A stretch of DNA of 64,000 bases from Octopus sinensis (lineage: Eukaryota): positions 1,550,001 through 1,614,000 of the forward strand of contig NC_043023.1 of assembly GCF_006345805.1 (NCBI RefSeq). The letters are read 5' to 3'. Below, one piece after another: positions 49,430 to 64,000 of the stretch. The translations under genes and the position numbers were made by a program. Under the pieces are notes generated by a model. It saw only the letters and a list, made by a program, of their open reading frames with translations. It ran no database searches and was not told where the DNA came from. Position 1 is the first letter of the stretch; each line of letters starts with the position of its first letter.

Positions 49430-51228
49430 TCCCCCATCACTGCAGCCATTGCCCCACCAACACTACCACCACAACCACCATCACCATACTCGCCACCTCC
49501 ACCACTATCGCCATGAGCTAAATCTCTCGTTTTCTTTTTGTCGACATCTCCCATCTTCTTTGCAAACATCAAATCCGTCACTCTCATCATTATCATCACC
49601 ATCATCATAATAATGAAGATCACCGTTGTCAACCTCACCACCACCACCACAATCAACATCATCATCATCATAACTACTGTCATCATCACCATCATCATCA
49701 TCAAACATTACCATTGTTATCATCGTCATCACCATCACTATCATCATCATCACCATCATCATCATAATGAAGATCATCATTGTCAACATCATCACCACCA
49801 CCACCATCATCATCACCATCACAACCATCATCATCATAATCTTCATAACTACTGTCATTACCATCATCATCATCATCAAACATTACTATTGTTATCAACA
49901 TCATCACCATCACTATCATCATCTTCACCATAGCCATCTTTATCAACATCATTATCACCACTATCATCATCATCACTGTCAACTTCATAACAGCCACAAT
50001 CATCATAATCTTTACCTTAGCCATGATTATCATCAGCATTATCACCACTGTCATCATCATCATCATCTCCATAAGGAATGCTGCTAAAATTTATGTAATC
50101 AACATTGCTGATAACAATAACAATAAACCCAGTGCCGTGTTTGCCATTTTTATTTCATTCCACGACCACTACTACCATCAACAACTACCATCACCACCAT
50201 TAAGAACTGCCACCACCACCACTACCACCATCAACAACTACCATCACCACCATTAAGAACTGCCACCACCACCACTACCACCATCAACAACTACCATCAC
50301 CACCATTAAGAACTGCCACCACCACCACTACCACCATCAACAACTACCATCACCACCATTAAGAACTGCCACCACCACCACTACCACCAACAACTACCAA
50401 GAACCACCACCACCACCACTACTACCATCAGCACCACCACCATGAACAATCACCACTACTATCACCACCACTACCACCAAGAACCAACACCACCACCACT
50501 ACCACCAACTACCACCACCACTACTATCAACAACTACCACACAACCACCAAGAACCACCAGTATCATCAACTACCACCACCACCACCACCACCACTACCA
50601 CCAACTACCACTACCACAACCATCACTACCACCAAGAACTACTACCACCATTACCATCAACTACCACCACCACCACCACCACCAAGAACTACCATCACTA
50701 CTACCATCAACAACTACCATCACCACTACCACCACCACCATCACTACTATCATCATCAACTACAACCACCACAGCCACCATTATTACTACCACCACAGCC
50801 ACCAAGAACCACCATCACTTGTAATATGAACAAAACAACTAGTAACTGCCACCTCTGCTACTCACAATGTTACCATCCATACCATTCTTTACTGATGCCT
50901 ACTAAACCACTGGAATCTCTGCAACCAAAGACACCACCACCACACCACCACCACCATCACCACTATCAAGGATATTGTCATTATCATTATGCTTACTGCC
51001 AACTACCACCTTCAACAGCACTGCCACCAACACCACCACCACCACCACTACCAACAACAACAACATCCCAACCATTAACGTCACCTTCTTCCTTCTCCTC
51101 CCCCTTTTCCTCATCTTCATTATCATCATCACTACTGCCTTCCCTACCATTAAGTACCACTACCATCACAACTGTCATCTTCACCATCACCACCACCACC
51201 ACTACCACCATTACAAACCACATCATTC

Positions 51229-51264
<36 letters not shown>

Positions 51265-51460
51265 CTGTTATTATCATTACTAAGACCACTACCACCACCA
51301 TTAACCCCACCACCATCACCAACAGCAGCAATGCAACCACTATCACTTTATCACCACCACCACTATCATCACAACCACCACTTCCACTACCAAAAACCAT
51401 CAACACCATCATCATCATCATCAACATCGACAACAACACAGCCTCTGTCACCTGCACCGT
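49430..51460. repeat. (ATC/ACC/ACT)n low-complexity block including a 54-bp tandem unit at ~50197-50400
   Basis: ccattaagaactgccaccaccacc starts at about 50197, 50251, 50305 and 50359. Confidence 0.9.
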
Positions 51461-53452
51461 CTTCTCTTTCCCCCCTCCTCCTCCTCCTCCCGCCCCTGGC
51501 CTCCCACTTTTCCCCTCCCCCTCTCCCGCCCATCTTTTGGAAGATTCTTAGAGGTTGCGATCCTTGGGAAGCGAGCCAAAAATCTACACATGTTGACACT
51601 GGAGCAACAAGCTATGCGAAATAAATTCTACGGCAAGAATTTGGTATCTAAGAATTTAACTCTCTTTGATCTGAAAGGGAAAACTGCCTTGTTGATCCGA
51701 CAGAATTCTATGCCTTTGATGTATGACCCCTTGTAATTATATTGTTTGGGTATTGATTTCTCAAGGGTTTTGCTCCAGTGCCTGCCTTCTTGAAGAATTT
51801 TTACCCCTTTAAGAAACAGCAAAATTCGATTCAAGTTGATTGTCTTTAAGGATTAAGAATTTCTCTTCATGATAACATGGTTTCAATTTCCACAGCTCTG
51901 TGACGTCACTCTTAGATGCTTCAGGATAAGAACAAGAGGCTGTGTTTTTGATTTTGAACAAAAAAAAATTAACTTTGAAACCACTCAGTCCACCTTGGTG
52001 TAGAACAGGTGCCACTATGCAGAAAAAAAAAAAAACTTCTTGAAGCCTGGATAATTAATTTCCAAATTACTCAGTCCACGTAGCTGTAACACAGGCTCCA
52101 CTATGTAAAATAAAACCACTTGTGTTTGAAACCTGAACACAAAACTTTCAAATTATACAGCCCCTAGATATAAACAGGTGCCACTTGTATTTTTTTTTAC
52201 TCTTTTACTTGTTTCAGTCATTTGACTACAGCCATGCTGGAGCATCGTATATATGCATATGTATATATATGTATGTGCTTGTGTGTCTGTGTTTGTCCCC
52301 CCAACATCACTTGACAACCAATGCTGGCGTGTTTGCATCCCCATAACTTATCGGTTTGGCAAAAATAATCGATAGAATAAGTACTAGGCTTACAAAGAAC
52401 AAGTTTTGGGGTTGATTTGGTCGACTAAAGGCGGTGCTCCAGCATGGCCGCAGTCAAATTACTGAAACAAGTAAAAGAGTAAAATGAATAAATAAGCATG
52501 ACATTCCACTGAGTAGTATGAATGTTAAAGGGTTAATCTGGCCATATCCAGCCTCTCACACCTACCTACAATGTCATTCTAATACTAAACAATCGCATCA
52601 TTGAAATCTCAAAGCTATGAGATAATCCATGATGAATTCAAAACAATGGGAATAAATAAACATTACCTTTAACAGAGTAATCTGAGTGCTGAAGGGTTAA
52701 AATACCCAGCCCTTAGCTGTAAACAAGTACCACGGGGTAGGGACCACTTGAAATAGATACCAGGACAGCTGGATTTGAAATAGCATCCATCTGTGTAGCT
52801 AGAAATAGGTACCACCCACTGTGGTTTAGCTTCTCCAGATATGGGCAGAAACATAAAGGACAGTGGAGAAAATACTGGACAAGACTATCACACCACACTA
52901 CATAAAAGTGACCCCTTTATGACAGAAATAATATGTTCCATGGCACATGTGCCGCCACAACTTCCAGTCCTTGTTATGTTATGTTGGCTTGTGTGTCTCA
53001 AAGGCCCTGAGAGCTATGTCAGTGAAGTCCCAGCTCCAATTAGGGCCTCCCATACTGGAGAGGCCTAAGGATAGAGGCCTGAGTAACACAACCCAAATTT
53101 TCTGAGAGATAAAAATGGAGTTTGTGTAGGGGCAACAAGCCATTTTTTTATGTATACTCTTTTACTTGTTTCAGCCATTTGACTGCGGCCATCCTGGGGC
53201 ACTGCCTTTAGTCGAGCAAATCGACCCCAGGACTTATTCTTTGTAAACCTAGTACTTATTCTATTGGTCTCTTTTGCCGAACGCTAAGTGACCACACATA
53301 GCTGTGTGGTAAAAAGCTTGCCCCCAACCACATGGTTCTGGGTTCAGTCCCACTGCATTGCACCTTGGGCAAGTGTCTTCTACTATAACCATGGGCTGAC
53401 CAAAGCCTTGTGAATGGATTTGGTAGACAGAAACTGAAAGAAGCCCATCACA

Positions 53453-53496
<44 letters not shown>

Positions 53497-56446
53497 TGTG
53501 TGTGTGTATGTGTGTGTGTTATATCTATGTTTGTCCACACCACCATGTGATAACTGGTGTTTGTGTGGTTACATCCCTATAACTTAGTGCTTTGCCAAAA
53601 AGAGAACTATGGAATAAGAATGAGGCTTTCCGAAATCAGAAATACTTGAGTTGATTTACTTGACGAAAAATAAAATTCTTCAAGGCAGTGCCCCATCATG
53701 GCCACAGCCAAATGAAAGAAACAAGTAAAAGATAAAAGGTATAAGTACGACAGGCTTCTTTCAGCTTTCCATCTACCAAACCCACTCACAAGGCTTTGGT
53801 TAGCCAAAGGCTATAGCAGAAGACGCTTGCCCAAGGTGCTATGTAGTGGGACTGAACCTAGAACCATGCAGTTGGGAAGCTAGATTCTTACCATACATAT
53901 TTCTCTCTCTCTCTCTCTCTATATATAATATATATATATATATATACATACATACATATATATATGCATGTGTGTGTTTTTATAGATATATGTATACATA
54001 CATATATATATATACTCTTTTACTTGTTTCAGTCATGTGAATGTGGCCATGCTGGAGCACTGCCTTTAGTCGAGCAAATCAACCCCGGGACTTATTTTTG
54101 TAAGCCTAGTACTTATTCTATTGGTCTCTTTTGGCAAACCACTAAGTTACGGGGACGTAAACACACCAGCATTGGTTGTCAAGCGATGTTGGGGGGACAA
54201 ACACAGACACACAAACATACACACACACACACACACATATATATATATTTGACTCGTTTCTTTCAGTTTCCGTCTACCAAATCCACTCGTAAGTCATTGG
54301 TCGGCCCTAGGCTATAATAGAAGACAGTTGCCCAAGGTGCCACGAAGTGGGACTGAACCCAGAACCATTCAGTTGGGAAGCAAGCTCCTTGCCACACAGC
54401 CACCCATGCAGCTTCCCTCTGCTTTCTTCATAACTTTTCATTTCTTACAGATCTTCATGCTATACTTAATCTGTTCAAATTTTTCCCATTTCATTGCCAC
54501 GGAGCTGGGATGAATTCCTTTGCAATACAAAGTTGGTTGCATGGTGAGGGGTATGTAAGGAAGAGGGTGAGTAACTGGACCAGTGGTGATGGTGGTGGTC
54601 ATCATTGTTGGCAGGGTTAGTTAACCTATTTGTGCAATTAAACACTGGTGTAATTAGTTAAATGTAGTTGACTTTAGAAGGATAATGCCACCTAATTAAA
54701 ACTTTGCAGAAACATTAAACCATCCAATTAAGAAATCCTGCAATTTACGAGGGGCTACCTTATTGTTTAATTAACTTTAACGAACAAAACCCCCAATGCA
54801 TGCTTGAGATACACCCCCCCCACACACACACATGCACACACACCTCCATCATCATCATCATCATCATCATCACCACCACCACCATCATCATCATGGTTTA
54901 ACATTCACTTTTCCATGCTTGCATGGGTCAGGAGGAGTTTATCTGAAGCAGATTAACTATAGCCAGGCATCCTTCCTCTTACTAATCTTCACCTGTATAA
55001 TGCTTTTGCTAGCTTCAGTCATTAGGCTGTGGCCATGCTGAAGCACTGCCTTGAAGGTTCTACTAGGACAGTTTCACTCTAGTGAATTTTTTCTTTATTC
55101 TTTTATTTGTTTGTCATTTGATTGCGGCCATGCAGGAGCACCGCCTTGAAGAGTTCTTTTAGTAGAAGAAATCACCCCTCGTTTTTATTTTTAGTAAGAC
55201 TAGTACGTATTCTATCGGTCTCTTTTGCCGAACTGCTAAGTTACGTGCACATAAATACACCAACATCAGTTATCAAGTGATGGTGATGAGATAAACACAG
55301 ACACAAACACACACACACACACATAAATATGCGTGTGTGTGTGTATATACATGATGGGTTTCTTTCAGTTTCCATCTACCAAATCCACTAACAAGGATTC
55401 AGTCAGCCTTAGGCTATAGAAGACACTTGTTCAAGGTGTCATACAGTGGGACTGAAAAGGGAACCATGTGGTTGGAAAGCAAGCTCCTTATCACATAGCC
55501 ATGCCTGCACCTATATATCATCCTCATCATTTTACATCTGTTTTCTATGCTGGCATGGGTTGGATGGTTTGACAAGAGATGGCAAGCCAGAGAAATATGC
55601 CAAGCTATATTTTCGGCTTTCGTATGATTTCTATAGCTGGATGGTCTTCGTAACACTAACCACCTTATAGACTGTAAGTTTACAGGGTGTACAGGGTACC
55701 TTTTTTGTGGCACCAGCATCAGTAACATTGCCAAATAGCTTCCAAGACAAAGACCCCTCGATTAGGAATATAGTAATATTGGGGGAAATGATTTCTGCCA
55801 GGTGATGATGGGGTTAAAAAGAAAAATAGAGGGACAGAAAATGGTGCCTGATTGTAGAAGAGTAACAAGGGTACCCCAGTTGGGAAAAGAGGGAGAGAAA
55901 GAGAGAATTAGTGAGAAAGACAGAATGAACCAGAGAGAGAAAATGAGAGGATGTGATGGAGATGCACTCTCAAAGTACAGTGGAGCAGGGGTGAATAGGG
56001 ATACAGATAATTAGACTGGTTGAGTGGCCAGGAGAGGCTTGAAGAACTTGAGAAGTGGATAGAGATGGTAGAGAGGATTGATACTTACAGGATATATATT
56101 ACACAACCAAAACATACTGTCAAATCATCAGAGACGTGTAACATTCGTATGTAGTATTACCAGATTATTGAATTGTTGGAAGATATAACCATTGATGAGA
56201 TGGTGATCAACAACTGGTATCTACCTCTGTATTTTATTTTGTTTTGTTCTCTACATGTACTCTTATACTCTGTGACATACTCAAACACCAGATTCACAAA
56301 ATAAGTAATGAATACAATAATATTACTAGGAAAGCATAGATTTCTAAATACTGGTTATTTATCATGCAATTTGAATCGTTTGTGATGATATAACTGTATG
56401 AATACATTCGTACATACTCATACAAACACGCACACATATGTAAAGA

Positions 56447-57932
56447 TTGAAGAAGAAGAAGTAGAACTGGAAGAAGAAGAAGTAAAAGAAGAAGAATTGG
56501 AAGAAGAAGAAAAAGAACTGGGGGAAGAATGGAAGAAGAAGAAGATTTGGAAGAAGAAGAAGAAGATTGGAAGAAGAAGAAGATTTTGAAGAAGAAGAAG
56601 AAGGAGAAAAAAGAATTGGAAGAAGAAGAAGAAGAGAAGAAAGAAGAAGAAAGAAGGATGAGAGTCCGAAGAAGAATCTCGAGAAGAATTGGAAGAAGAA
56701 GAAGAAGAAGCGCAAGAAGGAGAAAAAGAAGAAGAAATGGAAGAAGAAGAAGAAGAAGAAAAGCAGAAGAATTGGAAGAAGAAGAAGACAAGAAGGAGAA
56801 GAATTTGGAAGAAAAAGGAGAGAAGAACGAAGAAGCAGAAGAAGAAGAAGAATAATTGGAAGAAGAATAAGAAATTGGAAGAAGAAGAATAAGAAGAGAA
56901 AGAAGAATTGGAAGAAGAAGAAGAAAAATCCGGAAGAAGAAAATTGAAGAAAAAGAGAGAAGAAGAAGAAGAAGAAAAGAAGAAGAAGAAGAAGAAGAAG
57001 AATTGGAAAGAGACGACGAAGAAGGAATTTGAAAAGCGACGACTTGAAGAAAAGAAGAAGAAGAATTGGAAGAAGAAGAGAAGAAGAAGAATTGGAAGAA
57101 GCACAAGAGAATAAGAATTGAAGAAGAAGACGAAGAAGAAGAATTGGAAGAAAAAGAAGAGGAAGGAACGAAGAAGAAGAACAAGAAGAATTGGAAGGAA
57201 GAAGAAGACGAATAATTTGAAGAAGAAGAAAGAAGAGAATTGAAGAAGAACGAAAGTAAGAAGAATTGGAAGAAGAAGAAGAATTGGAAGAAGAAGAAGA
57301 CGAAGAAGAATTGGAAGAAGAAGAAGAAAGAAGAGAATTGGAAGAAGAAGAAGAAAGAGAGGAAAGAAGATTGGAAGAAGAAGAAAGAGAAAGAAGAAGA
57401 AGAATTGGAAGAAGAAGAAGAAGAGAAGAAAATTGGAAGAAGAAGAAGAAGAAGAAGAATTGAGAAGAAGAGAAGAAGAAGAAGAGATAGAAGAATTGGA
57501 AGAAGAAGAAGAATTAGAAGAAGAAGAAGAAGATTGGAGAGAAGAAGAAGAAGGAGAAGAAGAAGAAGAAGAGAGAAAGAAGAAGAAGACGAAGAATTGG
57601 AAGAAGAAGAAGAAGAAGAAGAAAAGAAGAATTGGAAGGAAAAGAGAAGAAAGAAGGAGAAGAAGAAGAAGAAGAAGAAGAAGAAGAATTTGGAAGAAGA
57701 AGAAGAAGAAGAAAAGAAGAATTGGAAGATAAGAAGAAGAAGAGAAGAAGAGAGAAAGAGAAGAAGAATTGAAGGAAAAGAATTGGAAGAAGACGATTGG
57801 AAGAAGAAGAAGAGAAAGAAAAAGAAGAAGAAGAAGAAGAAGAGTGAAAAAAAACCTTGGAAGAAGAAGAAGAAGATTGAAAGAACAGAATTGGAAGAGA
57901 AGAAGAAGAAGAAGAAGAAGAAGAAGAAGAAA
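56447..57932. repeat. ~1.5-kb (GAA)n array with gaattgg interruptions
   Basis: Direct reading. Confidence 0.95.
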
Positions 57933-59434
57933 AGGGTGGTATTTTCGTTTGCCCTGGTGGCAATCACAGAGAATGCTGTGAAGCAGTGAATGTTTGTGAA
58001 GTTGGTAGGACATCAAAAGACATTGTCACCATGTGTCTGCTTCATTCCTCAACAGAACTGGTCACAGTCTGTAGACACACACACACAACCCCTCTCTCTC
58101 TCTCAAAGAAAGAGACTGAAGGCAGATGTATCAGATGGCAAGTATTATTCTTACACCAATGACACCATGCAATGTTTGTTTCAGGGTGGTGGGCATGAGA
58201 GGACGGGGAGGGGGGAAATAGGTGTGTATGGAGTGTGAAAGTGTGTGCTCATATGGACGTGTGGGTGTATATATGTCTCCTCTTTCTTTCTCTCTCGGGG
58301 TTAGGTCAAGGCATGCAGATTAGTAGTTAGGCAAATTGAACTCATTATCCTAAGATTGTGAGTTCAATTCCCAGACTGGGCTGCATATTGTGTTCTTGAG
58401 CAAAACACACTGCTCCTTTCCACTCAACTGTAAACTGGTGACCCTGCAATGAAATAGCCTTCCAATCAGGAGGGATGCTGACCTGCTTGCTTGGCCTGTG
58501 GAGTACCATCATTTGAAAGCTAAGATGAAGCAAAGCATATTGTGACTAATGATGCATAACAACATCTGATGGTCTGGTCAACACCACAATATATATATGT
58601 ATATATATGTATATATGAGTGGACAAACAAAAGAAATCCCAATCAAACAGTTTTGAACAATATATATATATATATTCAACTCCATTTATTTATTTATTCA
58701 TATACAACACACATATTTCTGCATATGAACCCGGAATTTCTACCCTTGGACAGGTCGCTTCAACCGTGTTTCTGTCGTGAATTTGCTACCCTGGTATCGG
58801 TTCATCGAATTTTCCATGTTGACGGTAAACATAGGATAATTCATTCACCTATCGATATATATATATCTATATATATATATAATATATAATTATAATAATA
58901 TGAGGGAATATATTCCAAAGTTATAGGGAAAAATTCAATTTAGAAATACTAAATCAAATTTCACAAAATATAGTATATATATATATATAAATTAGAAAAA
59001 AACCCCACCTTTTATCAATTCAATAATCAGAAATGAAATTATACCATTTAGAAAAATTACATATTTTAGAAAGATTAAATATAAGATTAAACATATAATG
59101 ATGATTAAATAATATGCAAAATAATACATAAATAAAACGTATATATTTGGTATATTCACATTCTGTTCCTCTAGCTTCGAACTGTGTGGACTATACTAAA
59201 CTGGCTGGCTTGTTGCCTCAATTTAAGTACCTAATCCAACTGAATCTTAATTATATTTTTTATATATATATATATATATGAAGGGCTTCTTTCAGTTTCC
59301 ATGTACCAATTCCACTCACAAGGCTTTGGTTGACCCAAGGCCATAGTAGAAGGCACTTGCCCGAGGTGCCACGCAGGGGGACTGAACCTGGAACCATGTG
59401 GTTGATAAGCAAGCTACTTACCACACAACACTCC

Positions 59435-59465
<31 letters not shown>

Positions 59466-59570
59466 TATATATATAATATATATATATACACCTATGTATG
59501 TGTTGTGTATATAATATATATATATATATACACCTATGTATGTGTGTGTGTATATATATATATATATCTA

Positions 59571-59612
<42 letters not shown>

Positions 59613-60439
59613 ATGTGTGTATGTCTTTGTGTCTGTGTATGTTCTCCCATCACCACTGACAACCTGTCTTCCATAAATAACCTTGGCTAGACTTGTATGG
59701 AGAGGAACTTTCTAATCAAAATCCTATCATTCATGACCGAAAGGGGTCTTTACTATTAAAATAAGGTAGGTGCATGATTGACAAAATTTTTACCGGAAGC
59801 ATAATCAAAGACTGTGTCTTGGGAGGGTCACTTCACCAATAATAACACATGCACTGGTTTGATATCACTTCTGTACTGTTAATCAATTGGTTAGATATCT
59901 AACCAACTAATTAATCGATTGCTTGTTAAATGTGCTGGTTACACAAGCGATAAGTTGTTTGTTTGCCAAAGCCCCTTCATTGCTGTTCGTGACCTTTACA
60001 GCAACTTCCCTTTTTACCCAAGGTCTGCTCTGAGCCTATCTAAGAACTAGCTTAATGCCTGTGTGTATTAGCTTAAGGTGGCGAGCTGTTCAAATTCCGC
60101 CGAGGTCAACTTTGCCTTTCATCCTTTCAGGGTCGATTAAATAACTACCAGTTACGCACTGGGGTTGATTTGTCCTTGTTTGTCCTTGTTTGTCCCCTCT
60201 TTGTTTAGCCCCTTGTGGATAGTAAACAAATAGGTATTTTATCTGTCTTTATGTTTTGAGTTCAAATTCCACTGAGGTCGACTTAGCCTTTCATCCTTTC
60301 AGGGTCAATTAAATAAGTACCAGTTATACACTGGGGTCGATGTAATTAACTTACTCTGTTCGTCTGTCCTTATTTGTCCCCTCTATGTTTAGCCCCTTGT
60401 GAGCAATAAAGAAATAATGCCTGTGTGTATGTAGATGTG

Positions 60440-60783
60440 TATTTGCTTAGGGTCTGCCTTTGATTCTGACATGCAATGTCTATGCAAGACCCTGCCTCAG
60501 TAAAGCTAGACTCAAGAGTCATCTTCGTAGTCATAAAACGAGACAGATGAGTGACAACCTGGCCACTGGTGGTGGTGTAACACACCATACTAATCATATC
60601 TGCCGGGCATGTGGAAGAGAGTATAATTCGGCAGGAGGACTTAAATGACATGCAAAGGTACATGAAGCCCAGTTACAACTACAGCCGGCTATTACCAGTA
60701 AAGGTCTTAGTTGCCAATTTTGTACAAGACAGTGTAGATCTTTAGCTGGGATAAAAAGTCACATTCGATCACAGCACCAATAA
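60440..60783 (+). pseudogene. Three C2H2-like fingers with one in-frame TGA; probable RTE-type LINE ORF end
   Basis: LTCNVYARPCLSKARLKSHLRSH, HICRACGREYNSAGGLK*HAKVH and LSCQFCTRQCRSLAGIKSHIRSQH* are all in one frame. Confidence 0.6.
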
Positions 60784-61369
60784 CAGTTAAGCTTCGTGCA
60801 ATGGCCAAACTCGATAACGAGGGGGCAGCCATAATTTGCTTAGTAGAGGCGGTAAAGCTGAGAGCAAGAAAACATTTTGTGCGTGTGTGTATGTGTGTAT
60901 GTACACCAGCGTGACTGCTTGTATGTACAAAAACTAAATAATTCAAGAGGTCCCTTTAACAGAATATATCTTTTAGCTCTTATGAAAGACATGAAACAAC
61001 GACGGCAAAACTCGTCGTAATTTCGATCAGCTAAGAAAACACTCCGTCTATTTTTTATGTGAAATAAATTAACTATATTAACTGGTTAGTAAAATTATAT
61101 AAACCATTACATTCGTTCCACAAAATATGGTTTTATAGTTTATCAATAATCATATCGTTTACATTGAGTAGCGATTACTGTCCACGTAGAGAGATCATTA
61201 ATAAATTTTATGATAAAGAAAAATAAATTACGGAGGCTATGAATAATTGCGGGAGAAAGTATTCATCAAAACAGATATTAATTTTATTAAGTGAAGGATG
61301 TTTAAATTTATCTAGTTATAGAATGTCAGCCGGCAGAAGATGTTTTGTGAGCACAATAACAACAACAAC

Positions 61370-62625
61370 AATAAAAATGGTTTTAAATTTTGGCACAAGG
61401 CCAGCAAATTCAGGGGGTGGGGTGAGTCGATTACATCAACCTCAGTGCTCAACTGGTATTTATTTTATTGGCCCTGAAAGTCCCCTCGGTGGAGTTTGAA
61501 ATCAGAACTAAAAGCTCGGCATGCTAACAATTTTGTCAGCTCACCACATTAATGATAATAATATTAATAATAGTAACAATCCTTTCTACTAAAGACCTAA
61601 GGCCTTAAATTTGAAGGGAGGGGACTAGTTGATTACATTGACCCCAGTGTTCAACTGGTACTTATTTTAGCGACTTCGAAAGGACGAAAGGCAAAGTCAA
61701 CCTTGGCGGAATTTGAACTCAGAATGTAGCAAAGGGCAAAATACCGCTAAGCAGTGTCCAACATGCTAACAATTCTGACAGATAACCACCTTTAATAATA
61801 ATAATAATAATAATCCTTTCTACTAAAGGCACAAGGCCTGAAATTTTTGGAAACATGGGTGTTTTGTTCATCATCCTTAAAACAAAACTTATTCAGGGAC
61901 CTTTTGAGAGGGATGCCCTACTCAACCTGAAGAAATTTCTAACTGCAAGATCATGTACTGTTAATCTTGATATGAGATCACCATGTCACATACATATGGT
62001 TGTGATGCATGTGCCTTGTGATGCATGTACCCTTATCAAATGGGTAGTCATGATGGGTATATTGGGCTTCATGTATTTGTATCCAGTTTCATTTTGACAG
62101 TATGTACTGCTCTCTAAATAATAATATAATAATAATTAATAATAATAATAATGATAATAATAATAATAATGATAATAATAATCCTTTCTACTAAAGGCAC
62201 AAAGCCTGACATTTTGGGGGAGGGGGCTAGTCGATTAAATCAACCCCAGAACTCAACTAGTACTTATTTTATTGACCCTGAAAGGATAAGACAAAATCAA
62301 CTTTGGCAGAATTTGAACTCAGAACATAGAAATGGGTGAAATACCACTAAGAATTTTGTCCTGTGAGCTAACGATTCTGCCAGCTTGCAGCCTTAGTAAT
62401 AATAATCCTTTCTACTGGAGGCATGCAACCTCATATTTGTGGGGAGGGGACTAGTCAACAACCCCAGTATATAACTGGTACTTAATTTATTGACCTTGAA
62501 AGGATGACAGGCAAAGTTACCTTGGTAGAATTTGAACTCAGAATATAGTGACAGGCAAAGTACTGCTAAGTATTTCATTTAGCATGCTAACGATTCTGCC
62601 TGTTCGCCACCTTCTTAATAATAAT
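61370..62625 (-). mobile_element. Tandem run of about 4 SINE family B-related copies separated by (AAT)n tails
   Basis: Recurrent aatcctttctactaaaggcacaaggcctg..cccagt..caactggtactta..gaaaggat..aatttgaactcagaa. Confidence 0.8.
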
Positions 62626-63059
62626 AATGATGACGATGATGATGATGATCCCTTCTATTAAAGGCACCAAGGATATCTGTCTGTCTGTCTGTCTGTCTGT
62701 TTATTTATTCCTTTGTCGATCCATTCATCTTATTGATCTATCTATTTTTCATTTCTCTCTCTCTCTCTCTCTCTCTCTATCCATCTATCTATCTATCTAT
62801 CTATTTATTTATCTATCATGATGTAACTAATAATTGTTCATAATAATATAATAATATATGTGTGTGTTTGTAACTAATGGCTTCAAAGCCACAAATTTCA
62901 AGAAGGGCATCAAACAATTATACTGACCCCAATATTTGAACAATACTGTATTTTAATCCCCCACCCCCACCCCGTCTCCCCATCCACCACCCACCCCCCA
63001 GCTGACTTCAACAAAGTTGTTACAAGTGTCGCAGAACTTGCCCACACTGTGCTCTGCAC

Positions 63060-63540
63060 ATCAGCTTAGGAAGGCAGCTTTGAAAGCACAGTCGTCATCA
63101 AACAGGCAAACACAGATGGTTGTCTGCTGTAACCAAGGTTCTTTTGCTTGAAGCCTCCCAGCGTTAAAGAATGAGCAAGCAGAACGGTATGAGAAGCCGA
63201 TTCCTGTAGCTGTGTCTTTGAAGACATCTGCGACTTTGGCTGTAAACAGGAAACAGAACAGAAGGTGGGGGAGCATCTTTCATGGTGAGTTCAACGAGAG
63301 ACCTGACTGTGACAGTGTCTCCTGGAAAGGAGACATTGACAAACATGGGGCTTGAAACAGCAATGGCAACGGTCTGCTACTTCTCCAGACTTGTATAGAA
63401 AATGGCTCCTAATTACAAGCATCGTCCTCCACCACCCTGCTAGGAACAGAATATGGGTTTTGCTTGAAGCTGCCTGAGGTTTAGGAATGATCAATTGGTG
63501 CAGTATGAGAGGCTGATGGCCACGATAGGGTGCTGAATAG
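63060..63540 (-). pseudogene. RTE-clade LINE reverse transcriptase relic
   Basis: PHLLFCFLFTAKVADVFKDTATGIGFSYRSACSFFNAGRLQAK..CLFDDDCA aligns with the RTE/BovB-type APTLF..IRYR.DG.LFN.RRLQAK..LFADDCAL segment. Confidence 0.75.
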
Positions 63541-63706
63541 TTCCTGGTTTTGGGTAAAAGAAAATATATGGGGATCAGTGAAATATGATTTTTTTATTTA
63601 ACATATTCCCTTCTTAGATTCACACATTTATTTCAAAGGTCCCTCAGTTTTTCTAAGCCCTGTTAAAAGAACTCGGAAATTGGGCCTCCAGCCAGGCCTT
63701 TTGAGA

Positions 63707-63806
63707 NNNNNNNNNNNNNNNNNNNNNNNNNNNNNNNNNNNNNNNNNNNNNNNNNNNNNNNNNNNNNNNNNNNNNNNNNNNNNNNNNNNNNNNNNNNNNN
63801 NNNNNN
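63707..63806. other. Assembly gap (100 N)
   Basis: Run of N. Confidence 1.
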
Positions 63807-64000
63807 CTGCCAGATCAGATTGGAGACTTGTGCAGCCATCTGGTTCACCAGTCCCCAGTCAAACCGTCCAACCCATGCCAACATGGAAAGGTGATATTAA
63901 ACGATGATGATGATGATAATATACATATATATATATATGTATATACAGGTAGCAGAAAAGGCCTTTTCACTTCTATTTCTAAATTCGGTGTGTGGTGAAG

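Noticed and set aside
51540-52015. Complex sequence with short ORFs (MNRILLFLKG..., ELWKLKPCYHEEK...)
   Set aside because: No recognisable domain or consistent splice sites. It may be an old transposon relic.

Overview
AT-rich, microsatellite-dense eukaryotic DNA. The SINE families and simple-repeat style point to a coleoid cephalopod, most likely Octopus (inference). The only host gene I can support is one 228-nt minus-strand exon (46473-46700, AG/GT bounded, phase 0-0). It carries a PGPGEY SHIPPO/PG-rich repeat and resembles STPG2, so the window is probably mostly giant introns of that gene. The rest is repeat: at least six tRNA-derived or LINE-tailed SINE families, decayed mariner transposases, Tc1/pogo/piggyBac-type MITEs, RTE/CR1-like LINE ends, a Ty3/Gypsy protease relic, simple repeats and a 100-N gap. 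The most interesting signal is RNA-level. Eight loci carry minimal type I hammerhead ribozyme motifs of the Penelope-like element (PLE) kind, with short palindromic stem III. Two families have non-canonical cores: a G3:C8 swap (GUGAACA) and a U4C variant (CCGANGA). Both occur in long head-to-head palindromes that place a ribozyme on each strand. A hairpin MITE with an A:C mismatch in UAG context lies just upstream of the exon's 3' splice site. All folds were derived by eye and no searches were run. No PLE reverse transcriptase ORF is present, so the PLE assignment is an inference.
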